61,419 nt of DNA, from NCBI GenBank assembly GCA_964513315.1, contig CAZEMU010000001.1:38047-99465 (forward strand), written 5' to 3'. The translations under genes and the position numbers were made by a program. Below the pieces are notes generated by a model. It did not search any database. It was not told the DNA's origin and saw only the letters and a program-made list of their open reading frames with translations. Below are positions 19,701 through 24,877 of the stretch, one piece after another (the stretch's first letter is position 1; each line of letters starts with the position of its first letter). This stretch comes from an uncultured Acidimicrobiaceae bacterium. GTDB taxonomy: Bacteria > Actinomycetota > Acidimicrobiia > Acidimicrobiales > UBA10347.

Positions 19701-22397
19701 TCGACCTCGATGGCTGCTGCTGGCCAGTACGCAAACCTCGGCGATGTCGTCGGTACTCCGGTCGACGATGCAACCGACCCAGCGCCGACCCCGCTCGTTG
19801 ACGGCGACGACCAGCCACTTCCGGCGGTCACCGATGACGACCCGTCGCACTACTTCGGTGGCGCCCAGGCCGCGATCGATATCGAGAAGGACACGAACGG
19901 CAACCAGGCCGACACGATCTCGGCTCAGGACTCGATCCCTGTCGGGGCACCGATCACCTGGACGTACGTGGTCACCAACATCGGCGACGTCGACCTCATC
20001 AACGTCGTCGTCACCGACACGGTGGCCATCGACAACGGCACGGTCGCCCCGGACACGGTCGTCTGCGACTGGGAGAACAGCTCGGACGCTGCGACCCCGA
20101 TCGAGGCGCTGTCCGTCGGCGAAACCGTGACCTGTCTCGCCAGCTCCACCGCCGCACCCGGCCAATACCGCAATGACGGCGACGTCGTCGGCACCCCGGT
20201 GCTCGACGCCACCGTGGCGAACCCGGAACCGGTCCTCGACGGTGCGGGCGATCCGCTCGCCGACGTGACCGACACGGACCCATCGCACTATATGGGTGCA
20301 GCCCCGTCGATCGACGTCGAGAAGGACACGAACGGCAACCAGGCCGACCTCATCGGCGAGCAACAGCAACTCGCGATTGGCGAGGCCGTCACGTGGACGT
20401 ACGTCCTGACCAACGATGGCAACACCGACCTCGCTGACGTGTCGCTCGTCGACGATGTCGTCATCGACAACGGCACCGCAAGCTCCGCAATCACCTGTGA
20501 TTGGGATGCCAGCACCAACGAAGCAACGCCAGATGGAGCGCTCGCCATGGGCGAGTCCGTGATCTGCACCGCTACAGGCACCGCAGTCGTCGGCCAGTAC
20601 GGCAACCTCGCCGAGGTCGTCGGAACGCCGGTTGATGATGCAACGCTTGACACCCCCGAACCAGTCATCGTCGACGGCGAACCACTGCCGCCCGTCGATG
20701 ACGCTGACCCGTCGCACTACTTCGGTCGTGCGAACCCATCGATCGGCATCGAGAAGGACACCAACGGCGTCCAGGCCGACACGATCGCCGACCAAGGTGG
20801 CGTCGACACGGGAGCGGGTCTGCTCTGGACCTTCGTTGTCACCAACGATGGCGATGTCGACCTTGCCGAAGTCGCTCTCGGCGACACGGTGACGATTGAC
20901 AACGGCACGACCCACGACTCCGAAGGCATCGTCTGCGACTGGGCGAACAGCTCCGACGCAGCGACGCCCGCTGACCGTCTGTCGGTCGGCGAGACCGTCA
21001 CGTGCACGCTGCAGGGCGTCGCAGGAGCCGGTCAGTACGGCAACCTCGCCGATGTCGTCGCCACGCCAGTCACGACCGCGGTGGGCGTACCTGAGCTGCT
21101 GCTCGACCCAAGTGGCACGCCGCTCGCCGACGTCGTCGACGAAGACCCGTCGCATGTCTTCGCCGGGTTCTTCCCAGCGATCGACATCGAGAAGGCCACC
21201 AACGGCATCGACGCCGACACGACGGAAGACCAGCCGTTCATCGATCCAAGCGGCGCTGTGCTGTGGACCTTCGAGGTCCGCAACACCGGCAACGTCGACC
21301 TGGCTGGTGTCGAGGTCGAAGATGCGATGACGATCGACAACGGCACGGTCACACCAGCTGTCGTATGCGACTGGGACACGAGCAGCGATCCGGCCACGCC
21401 GGCCCGCAATCTGTCCGTCGGGGAAACCGTCAGCTGCACCTCCTCGGCGACCGCCGAGTCTGGCCAGTACGCCAACGTGAGCTCGGTCACTGCAACGCCA
21501 GTGCTCGATGCCACCACCGCCGACCCAGATGCTCCGACGCCGCTGCGTGACATCGATGACCAGCCGGTCGCCGACGTCTCCGACGACGACCCGTCGCACT
21601 ACTTCGGTCCGGTCTTCGACCTCGCCCTGCGCAAGCAGCTGAGCGACGGTACGAACTTGGGTAAGACCAAGATCGGCGAAACGGTCACCTTCACGATCAC
21701 GTTGTTCAACCAGGGCAATGTCCCGGCCAGCAACATCGAGGTCGTCGACTACCTGCCGTCAAACCTTGAGCTTGCTGATCCGGCGTGGGTTGCTGTCCAA
21801 GGTGGAGCACTCATCGCCCTCGACGGCACCATCCTGCAACCGGGTGACACGACGACGGTGGACATCACGGTCAAGGTGATTGCCGGCGGCGAGCGCCTCG
21901 ACACTGAGATCGACGTCGAGGCGGAGATCTCAAAGGCTGACGGCGTCGACGACGATGGTGAGCCGATCATGCTGCAAGGCGTGAACGGTGTGCCGCTTGC
22001 GTTGCTCGACGTTGACTCGGTGCCCGACGCCAACAACGACGAGGCTCCGGTCGAGGACGAAATCGACAATGCCGACGGCGACGAAGACGATCACGACCGT
22101 GTTGGTCTGATCATCGAAGCTGACCCGGTCGACGTTGTCGATCCGCCCGAGCCGACGCCAACGACGCCGAGCACCCCGAACACGCCAGCTCCCGAGCTGC
22201 CGACCATCACCAATCCTCCAGCAGGGCCTGCGCCAACCCCGCAGACACCGGAGCCATCGGGGCCGCTCGCCTTCACCGGTGCGGACTCAGCCCATCTCGC
22301 AGCGATCGCAGCGATGCTGATCACTGCCGGTGGAGCGTTGATGATCCTGGGTCGCCGACACGACGAGGACGACCAGGCAGCGGGCGAGTTCGGCTGA
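7611..22397 (+). CDS. Giant (4,928 aa) secreted, sortase-anchored cell-surface repeat protein (adhesin-like)
   Basis: Single uninterrupted ORF. GGGGAGGAAGCA precedes the ATG. It has a signal peptide, a Gly-rich head, 28 tandem DUF11/DUF7507-like Ig-fold units, a terminal DUF11-like domain, an acidic segment, a Pro/Thr linker, and LAFTG followed by a TM helix and an RRH tail. Confidence 0.9.
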   Translation: MRNEPQRTRRSTAVATVVSAVLVSTLLFISPRPVQAANGIVNSYQVATVVGTTPDSSGLNSSDCALVIQMTGTIANGLGTYEILDPATTTPVRSYAAAEAVQFVILPGGCSSAQTVDAAGVQAQAWNGSTGGVIFLGGSSLTMNGDIDASGTGFTQTAPPTTTVSDGGDGILTMDPTRSFPDTVFTGAGGGGGILGGGGGGGSSNYTTFNSNNAAPGEGGSLVAGGAGGVTSGVWAAGDGGDPAVPGNGGSGAVLVTGSDVNRVGAGGAGGGSYGGGGGSCGTHFSTAYSAGGGGGASWTGGGTGGLGGTSTGPPADLADGGPGANNFGAAIPLEGAVANEHYLHDDDPRLMMGGAGGNHRNNAGGGAGGGIVVLDFDNISGNGNDIVSNGGAGAPLLSAPASGAGGGGGGQVYVRAYEVNSVDTAANGGVGGNNTVGPTHSAVAGSGGGAGAIWFDGAGSDGTNTGANDGATSDASALAPSGFSSVSWQVTGGGPGTTSSGVTIGGFTYTALAWNTLYNTAGNNSILNGTTHLSEAALLAGVSEAAIIEAFPAFTQVDNPKNAGASCMAAAGGNGLVRVSPPPPASLELEKATNGLDSDVAPGQTLTVGESVTWTYDVTVGGWGAVDNVTVTDSLVPAGDIECDVDSDGTYESGNNVGSIDAPASFSCRASSTAVAGQYMNTGTVTGSEGGNPLDDTDPSHYVGETPAITVEKQTNAAEADSDTLNDGSESPASTSNGASNPAPIASAVSWTFQIRNNGAVPLTNVAISDVTTTANDQNHVITIACDWASSSDATTAALNLSVGETVNCTASGTAGTGLHENTATATGDAAGPQSLDVNGDPVYDLAGDPVFAPNPGGTFTATVDSLGAAIEVVDADASGYVGLPPAISIVKTVVGTADGDVASVVEGQAVAWEFLVTNTGAGALDNVSISDPILTGLGVSISCPVTSLAQGAAMTCTAASPAGAGDLVNAATVTGDPAGGGSSVTDNDDAEYTVGVPAIQVVKTTCTDPLAIPASCSDGPLIPVGDALAWNYVITNTGEVTLVNVSLDDDIEASVDATNCDWASSSDAATAANVLSVGETVSCTQTGTAAVSGYDNVGSVTGVPGIDDGTPSEDPSGDPLTPVVDDDPSDYFGVAVPSVDIEKTTNGVQADTGTGPLVLEGDPVDWVFVVTNNGNVDLSDVVVTDVVTTDNGTADDPDGVVCDWANSSDAATPARNLSVNETVTCTASSTAEFGQYTNDSSVTGTPVADAETADPDSPVRLTDVDGNPVGDVNDDDPSAYFGPNASIDIEKDTNGNQADVLADQDTYSIGDAIDWTFVVRNDGNVDLADVTVSDTVTIDNGTAADPDGVVCDWANSSDGATPARNLSVGETVTCTASSSAEAGQYRNVGDVVGTPVDDAVTADPDAPTPLQDESGTNLANVVDDDPSHYYGEPAPSIDIEKDTNGTQADLVSDQDYIAIDDPVTWTFAVRNDGNVDLADVVVTDSVTIDNGTAADPDGVVCDWANSSDSATPARNLSVNETVTCTSSSIAEPGQYGNLSNVSGTPVADATTADPDAPVALQGINGVDLVDVTDADPSHYFGLVLPAVDIEKDTNGFQADTGTGPLVFENDPVLWTFEVENTGNVALGNVTVTDVVTTDNGTADDPDGVVCDWANSSDATTPARVLSVDETVTCTSSSTAELGQYRNNSNVVGAPLANDGSALLGDDGNPMPNVTDQDPSGYFGPNASIDIEKDTNGTQADVIGDQDTLAVGDAITWNFVVTNDGNVDLADVTVNDTVTIDNGTGADPFGVQCDWADSSDPATPARNLSVGESVECFSTSVAAPGQYRNVGDVVGTPVADAVTADPNSPTPLQDENGTDLADVVDDDPSHYYAAPQPAIDIEKDTNGNQADVLGDQDYLAIGAAVTWTFEVENTGDVDLADVVVTDSVTIDNGTAADPDGVVCDWANSSDSATPARNLSVNETVTCTSSSIAVAGQYRNNSTVVGTPVADAETADPDAPVALQDIDGVDLVDVTDADPSHYYGLAIPAIDIEKDTNGFQADTGTGPVVFEGDAVVWTFEVQNTGNVALGNVTVTDAVTTDNGTAADPAGVVCDWANSSDAATPAQVLSVNETVTCTAASTAELGQYNNNSNVVGTPLAVDGSPLLDDAGMPVPNVVDQDPSGYFGPDASIDIEKDTNGNQADLLADQDSYSIGDAIDWTFVVRNDGNVDLADVTVADTVTIDNGTAADPAGVVCDWPNSSDAATSARNLSVGETVTCTSSSAAEAGQYRNVGDVVGTPVADAVTADPNSPTPLQDENGTDLADVVDDDPSHYYAAPQPAIDIEKDTNGNQADTLATQDILAIGDAVVWTFVVENTGDVDLADVVVTDSVTIDNGTAADPAGVVCDWANSSDAATPARNLSVGETVECTSGSVAEAGQYANLADVVGTPVADAVTADPDAPVALQDINGVDLADVVDDDPSHYYAQAVPAIDIEKDTNGFQADTGTGPVVFEGDAVVWTFEVQNTGNVALGSVTVTDAVTTDNGTAADPDGVVCDWANSSDAATPDQVLSVNETVTCTAASTAELGQYNNNSNVVGAPLADDGSALLGDDGVPLPNVTDQDPSGYFGPTASIDIEKDTNGNQADVLADQDVIAIGDAVVWTFEVENTGNVDLAAVTVSDTVTTDNGTAADPNGVVCDWANSSDPATPAGNLSVDETVTCVSMSTAAAGQYRNDVDVVGTPVADAVGADPLAPSPLTDFNGTPMSNVTDADPSHYYGDPQPSIDIEKDTNGNQADVLADQDIIPIGAPVTWTFVVVNDGNVDLSDVTVVDSVTVDNGTVADPDGVVCDWANSSDAATPARNLAVNETVTCTSTSTAEAGQYRNDSDVVGTPVADATTADPDAPVALQDIDGNDLADVIDADPSHYYGDAIPGIDIEKDTNGFQADTGTGPLVLEGDAVTWTYVVTNIGTSALADVVVTDTVTLDNGTAADPDGVVCDWANSTDAATPAGTLARGEQVTCTASSVAELGQYRNDADVVAMPIAANGSRLLDEDGAPFADVTDEDPSAYFGPSASIDIEKDTNGTQADVLVDQDTLSIGAPVTWTFVVTNDGNVDLADVTVSDTVTIDNGTAADLNGVVCDWASSSDAATPARNLSVGETVSCTSNSVAVAGQYRNDSDVVGTPVADATTADPNAPTPLQDENGNTLTDVTDADPSHYYAQPQPSIDIEKDTNGNQADVLADQDTLAIGSPVTWTFDVVNDGNVDLADVLVTDTVTVDNGTIADPDGVVCDWANSSDATTPARNLSVGETVTCTSSSIAEAGQYRNDSNVTGTPVADATTADPDAPVALQDIDGNDLADVTDDDPSHYYGDAIPQIDIEKDTNGFQADTGTGPLVFLGDTVTWTFVVTNTGTATLSDVTVTDTVTTDNGTAVDPDGVVCDWANSSDVDTPADTLAPLETVTCTASSSAELGQYNNVADVVGTPVGSDGSPLLDPDGNALPNVTDDDPSAYFGPDASIDIEKDTNGNQADVIADQDIVPVGSAVVWTFVVENTGNVDLANVDVTDVATIDNGTAADPAGVVCDWANSSDADTPARNLSIGETVTCTSASQAEAGQYGNLSAVVGTPVADAITADPFAPTPLVDETGTELPAVSDSDPSHYFGEATPAIDIEKDTNGNQADVLEDQSNLALGDDVVWTFVVTNTGDTDLSDVTVVDTVTIDNGTAPDPDGVVCDWANSSDAATPARNLSVGETVTCTSSSTVENGQYRNDSDVTGTPVADAITADPDAPVALQDIDGADLADVTDEDPSHYFGAQSAIVIEKDTNGNQADVLGGQDNIEAGAPVVWTFVVTNTGNVDLADVIVTDTVTIDNGTAADPAGVVCDWANSSDAATPARNLSIDETVTCTASSTAVAGQYRNDADVIGTPVADATTADPDNPTPIDGPDGQPIPKPTDADPSHYFGVDASIDIEKDTNGNQADVAADQDVLAIATPITWTFDVLNDGNVDLADVVVTDTVTIDNGTAVDPAGVVCDWANSSDAFTPAGNLSVGETVRCTSTSMAAAGQYANLGDVVGTPVDDATDPAPTPLVDGDDQPLPAVTDDDPSHYFGGAQAAIDIEKDTNGNQADTISAQDSIPVGAPITWTYVVTNIGDVDLINVVVTDTVAIDNGTVAPDTVVCDWENSSDAATPIEALSVGETVTCLASSTAAPGQYRNDGDVVGTPVLDATVANPEPVLDGAGDPLADVTDTDPSHYMGAAPSIDVEKDTNGNQADLIGEQQQLAIGEAVTWTYVLTNDGNTDLADVSLVDDVVIDNGTASSAITCDWDASTNEATPDGALAMGESVICTATGTAVVGQYGNLAEVVGTPVDDATLDTPEPVIVDGEPLPPVDDADPSHYFGRANPSIGIEKDTNGVQADTIADQGGVDTGAGLLWTFVVTNDGDVDLAEVALGDTVTIDNGTTHDSEGIVCDWANSSDAATPADRLSVGETVTCTLQGVAGAGQYGNLADVVATPVTTAVGVPELLLDPSGTPLADVVDEDPSHVFAGFFPAIDIEKATNGIDADTTEDQPFIDPSGAVLWTFEVRNTGNVDLAGVEVEDAMTIDNGTVTPAVVCDWDTSSDPATPARNLSVGETVSCTSSATAESGQYANVSSVTATPVLDATTADPDAPTPLRDIDDQPVADVSDDDPSHYFGPVFDLALRKQLSDGTNLGKTKIGETVTFTITLFNQGNVPASNIEVVDYLPSNLELADPAWVAVQGGALIALDGTILQPGDTTTVDITVKVIAGGERLDTEIDVEAEISKADGVDDDGEPIMLQGVNGVPLALLDVDSVPDANNDEAPVEDEIDNADGDEDDHDRVGLIIEADPVDVVDPPEPTPTTPSTPNTPAPELPTITNPPAGPAPTPQTPEPSGPLAFTGADSAHLAAIAAMLITAGGALMILGRRHDEDDQAAGEFG
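8160..9000 (+). other. Glycine-rich head region with multiple G5-G7 runs
   Basis: Runs such as GAGGGGGILGGGGGGGSSNY, GAGGAGGGSYGGGGGSCG, GGGGGASWTGGGTGGLGG, GGGAGGGIVVLD, GAGGGGGGQVYVRA and GSGGGAGAIWFDG are separated by short beta-like segments. Boundaries are approximate. Confidence 0.5.
9366..21607 (+). repeat. Array of 28 tandem repeat units, mostly 141-150 aa (the four N-terminal units are divergent and vary in length); Ig-like TIGR01451/DUF11 plus DUF7507-type fold by motif resemblance
   Basis: Each unit starts with (I/V)D(I/V)EK(D/T)TNG and ends with D(D/A)DPSHY(Y/F)G. Consensus core: W(T/V)F.V.N.GNVDL..V.V.D.V..DNGTA.DP.GVVCDWANSSDA.TPARNLSVGETVTC. Confidence 0.85.
11475..18089 (+). 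repeat. Five complete copies of a 1,323-bp (441-codon) A-B-C super-repeat (A 450 bp, B 450 bp, C 423 bp)
   Basis: The A-unit ATCGA(T/C)ATTGAG / ATTGACATCGAG motif recurs at 11475, 12798, 14121, 15444, 16767 and 18090, spaced exactly 1,323 bp apart. In copy 1 the B unit starts at 11925 and the C unit at 12375. C units carry FQADTGTGP. Confidence 0.9.
22266..22394 (+). other. C-terminal cell-wall sorting signal (LAFTG, hydrophobic helix, charged tail)
   Basis: P-LAFTG-ADSAHLAAIAAMLITAGGALMILG-RRHDEDD. The LAxTG motif is the recognition type of class E sortases in Actinobacteria (established knowledge). Confidence 0.75.
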
Positions 22398-22443
22398 TAC
22401 GCATTCCTTCCATGGCGGCCGGTCGCAGTAGCGTCGGCCGTCA

Positions 22444-23553
22444 ATGGAGGATGTACGTGCCGACTTCCGTGCCGGGGTAGCTGCGTTTCTCGACGCGTCG
22501 ATTGCGGACGGCTCCGCCTGCCCGGCCTTTGGGTCGATCATGCCGCCGGACATGTTCGAGCCCGCTCGCCGCTGGCAGCGCTACATCTTCGATCACGGAT
22601 ATGCGGGCCTCCACTGGCCGACGGAGTTCGGCGGCCAAGGCAAGACCGTCGAGCATCATCACATCTGGACCGAGGAATGCGCTCGGCGCCAGCTCGCTTC
22701 GTACATGAACTTCCAAGGCTTTGTCTTGGCTGGGCCTGCGATCCTGAAGTTCGGTACTGACGAGCAGAAGGACCAGTATCTGCGGGCCACGTTGGCGGCC
22801 GAGATCGTGTGGTGCCAGCTCTTTAGTGAGCCAGGGAGTGGCTCCGACCTCGTCAGTTTGACGACGCGAGCCGAAGCGGACGGCGACGGATGGCTAGTTA
22901 CTGGTCAAAAGGTCTGGTCGTCGACCGCGCAACTCGCCCAGTTCGGGATTCTGCTGGCCCGCACCAATCCCGAAGATCCGGGTCACGGAGGCATCTCGTT
23001 CTTCTTGTTCGACATGGCAGCCCCAGGCGTCGAGGTGCGGCCGCTCAAACAGATGACCGGCGACGAAGAGTTCTGCGAGGTGTTTCTCGACGCCGCGCCG
23101 ATTGCTCAGGCAGACCTGCTCGGTCCGCTCCACGGCGGTTGGCGAGTCGCAACGTCAGTGCTGGCCGACGAGCGCTCAGCTGTCGGAGCGGCGGGCATCG
23201 GGCTCGAGCAACGCACGTCGGACCTGCTCGAACAGGCGAGCGCACTGGGCCCCGTCGCACGCGACCGAGTTGTCGACATCGCCGTCGCCGCGGGAGCGAC
23301 GCGTCGGCTGCTGGATCGAAGCGCCGGCGATCCGTTCCTGGGTCCCTTGGTCAAGCTCGCAATGACCGAGTTCGAGACCACGCGCACCCGCGCCACCGTT
23401 GACCTGCTCGGGCCAGCTGGTACGGGGGAGGGCGACGAGCAGACCGACTTCCTTTACGCCCCCGGCATGCGAGTCGCCGGTGGCACGAGCGAGATTCAGC
23501 GCAACTTGATCGGCGAGCGGCTCCTCGGCCTGCCCCGCGAGCCCAGGGCCTGA
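22444..23553 (+). CDS. Acyl-CoA dehydrogenase family protein
   Basis: 369 aa with ACAD motifs (CQLFSEPGSGSDL, GDGWLVTGQKVWSS, GISFFLFD). Confidence 0.75.
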   Translation: MEDVRADFRAGVAAFLDASIADGSACPAFGSIMPPDMFEPARRWQRYIFDHGYAGLHWPTEFGGQGKTVEHHHIWTEECARRQLASYMNFQGFVLAGPAILKFGTDEQKDQYLRATLAAEIVWCQLFSEPGSGSDLVSLTTRAEADGDGWLVTGQKVWSSTAQLAQFGILLARTNPEDPGHGGISFFLFDMAAPGVEVRPLKQMTGDEEFCEVFLDAAPIAQADLLGPLHGGWRVATSVLADERSAVGAAGIGLEQRTSDLLEQASALGPVARDRVVDIAVAAGATRRLLDRSAGDPFLGPLVKLAMTEFETTRTRATVDLLGPAGTGEGDEQTDFLYAPGMRVAGGTSEIQRNLIGERLLGLPREPRA

Positions 23554-23570
23554 TCAGTCGGTAGCGGTGA

Positions 23571-24620
23571 TCAGTCGTTTGGCGACGAGCTGGTCTCGTC
23601 GGTCAGCGGATTGAGCAGCTGGGTAGCCTCGCTCGAAGCGTCACGCACATGCACGACGCGTTGCGGGAACGGAATGTCGATGCCGGCCCCTTCGAACGCT
23701 TCTTTGAGTCGCAACCGAAGTTCTCGTTGGACCCGCCATTGGGCCGAGGGGTCCGTCTTGACGACCATACGAAGCGTGATCCCGTTGTCATCGAGGGCTT
23801 GCACGCCAAGCACTGAGGGATCTTCGATGATGTCGCCGGCAAGCCCATCGACATGGGTTTCTCGCCAGTACGTATCGGCGGTGTCGTTCATGAGCGACAT
23901 GGCGGCTCGCAAATCGGTGTCGTAACCAACGCTGACGTCGACGACCGCGTTCGACCACAACTGGGAGTGGTTGCCGACCTTGCGGATCGATCCGTTCGGG
24001 ATATGCCACACCGTGCCGGAGAGATCGCGGAGTTTCGTTGTGCGCAGCGTGATGTTCTCAACTTCGCCGGTGACACCTTCGACTTCGATGACGTCGCCGA
24101 CGCCGTACTGGTCTTCGATGAGCATGAACGTGCCCGAGAGGAAGTCGCTGACGACGGACTGAGCGCCGAAACCGATCGCGATACCGACCACACCGGCACC
24201 GGCGAGCAGGGGTGCAAGGTTGATGTCGAATTCGCCGAGCACCAGCAACGTGGCGACCGAGAACGTCACGACGGTTACCAGGCTCTTGAGCACCGACTCG
24301 ATGGCTTCGGCTCTGGCTGGAGCACGGTCGGCTTCGGACCGGTTCATCTCGGAGCCTCCAGGCCCAAGACTTCGCAAGACCATCAGCCGAGGATGTGATG
24401 GTGTGGTGCGGATCTGATCGCTGAGCGCACCGATCGTTCGGCGAGCCAGCCGGTTCACGCACCAGGCGACGAGGACGATGATCAGGACACGGACGGGGCG
24501 GTCGATCACCCATTCGGTCAGGCCAGCAATCGTCTCATTGCCGGTCCACTCGTAGACCCGGGTGCAGACCCGGCTTGGGTCTTGAAAGCCGCAGGCCCCG
24601 ATCTCACCACTCGTTTGCAC
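23571..24620 (-). CDS. Mechanosensitive ion channel (MscS family)
   Basis: TM helices are followed by the MscS beta-domain (FMLIEDQYGVGDVIEVEGVTGEVENITLRTTKLRDLSGTVWHIPNG). The track ORF begins at a TTG (24719). I placed the start at GTG 24620; the start is uncertain. Confidence 0.75.
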   Translation of the reverse strand: MQTSGEIGACGFQDPSRVCTRVYEWTGNETIAGLTEWVIDRPVRVLIIVLVAWCVNRLARRTIGALSDQIRTTPSHPRLMVLRSLGPGGSEMNRSEADRAPARAEAIESVLKSLVTVVTFSVATLLVLGEFDINLAPLLAGAGVVGIAIGFGAQSVVSDFLSGTFMLIEDQYGVGDVIEVEGVTGEVENITLRTTKLRDLSGTVWHIPNGSIRKVGNHSQLWSNAVVDVSVGYDTDLRAAMSLMNDTADTYWRETHVDGLAGDIIEDPSVLGVQALDDNGITLRMVVKTDPSAQWRVQRELRLRLKEAFEGAGIDIPFPQRVVHVRDASSEATQLLNPLTDETSSSPND

Positions 24621-24766
24621 CGACTGATTGTGCCATGGAGAACGAAAATGACACCCGGATACGAGGCGAACGGGACTTGGGGGTGAACTGGCCCGGCCAC
24701 TGCTGAGCGATGCGGCCAAAACGTGTCGCCAAACACTGCCCTGCCGACAGACGGCCTACGCCCTAT

Positions 24767-24877
24767 CCGCAGAGCCGGCGGGCTTGTGGCGATTGCGAGG
24801 ATTCCGCAGAGCCGGCGGGCTTGTGGCGATTGCGAGGATTCCGCAGAGCCGGCGGGCTTGTGGCGATTGCGAGGATT
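24767..24877. repeat. Three perfect tandem copies of a 37-bp unit (CCGCAGAGCCGGCGGGCTTGTGGCGATTGCGAGGATT)
   Basis: Copies at 24767-24803, 24804-24840 and 24841-24877 are 100 percent identical with no spacers. The array abuts the TAA stop of the EEP gene (24876-24878) and lies upstream of the MscS gene on the same strand. Confidence 0.95.

Noticed and set aside
23551-23577. Direct repeat TGATCAGTCG ... TGATCAGTCG between the convergent acyl-CoA dehydrogenase and MscS genes
   Set aside because: Each copy simply contains the stop codon of one of the two convergent genes (TGATCA reads TGA on both strands). It is too short, and plausibly coincidental, to call functional.
24767-24877. The 37-bp repeat array as a possible CRISPR array
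   Set aside because: The copies are directly adjacent with no spacers, there are only three of them, and there are no cas genes in the window. It is a plain tandem repeat.
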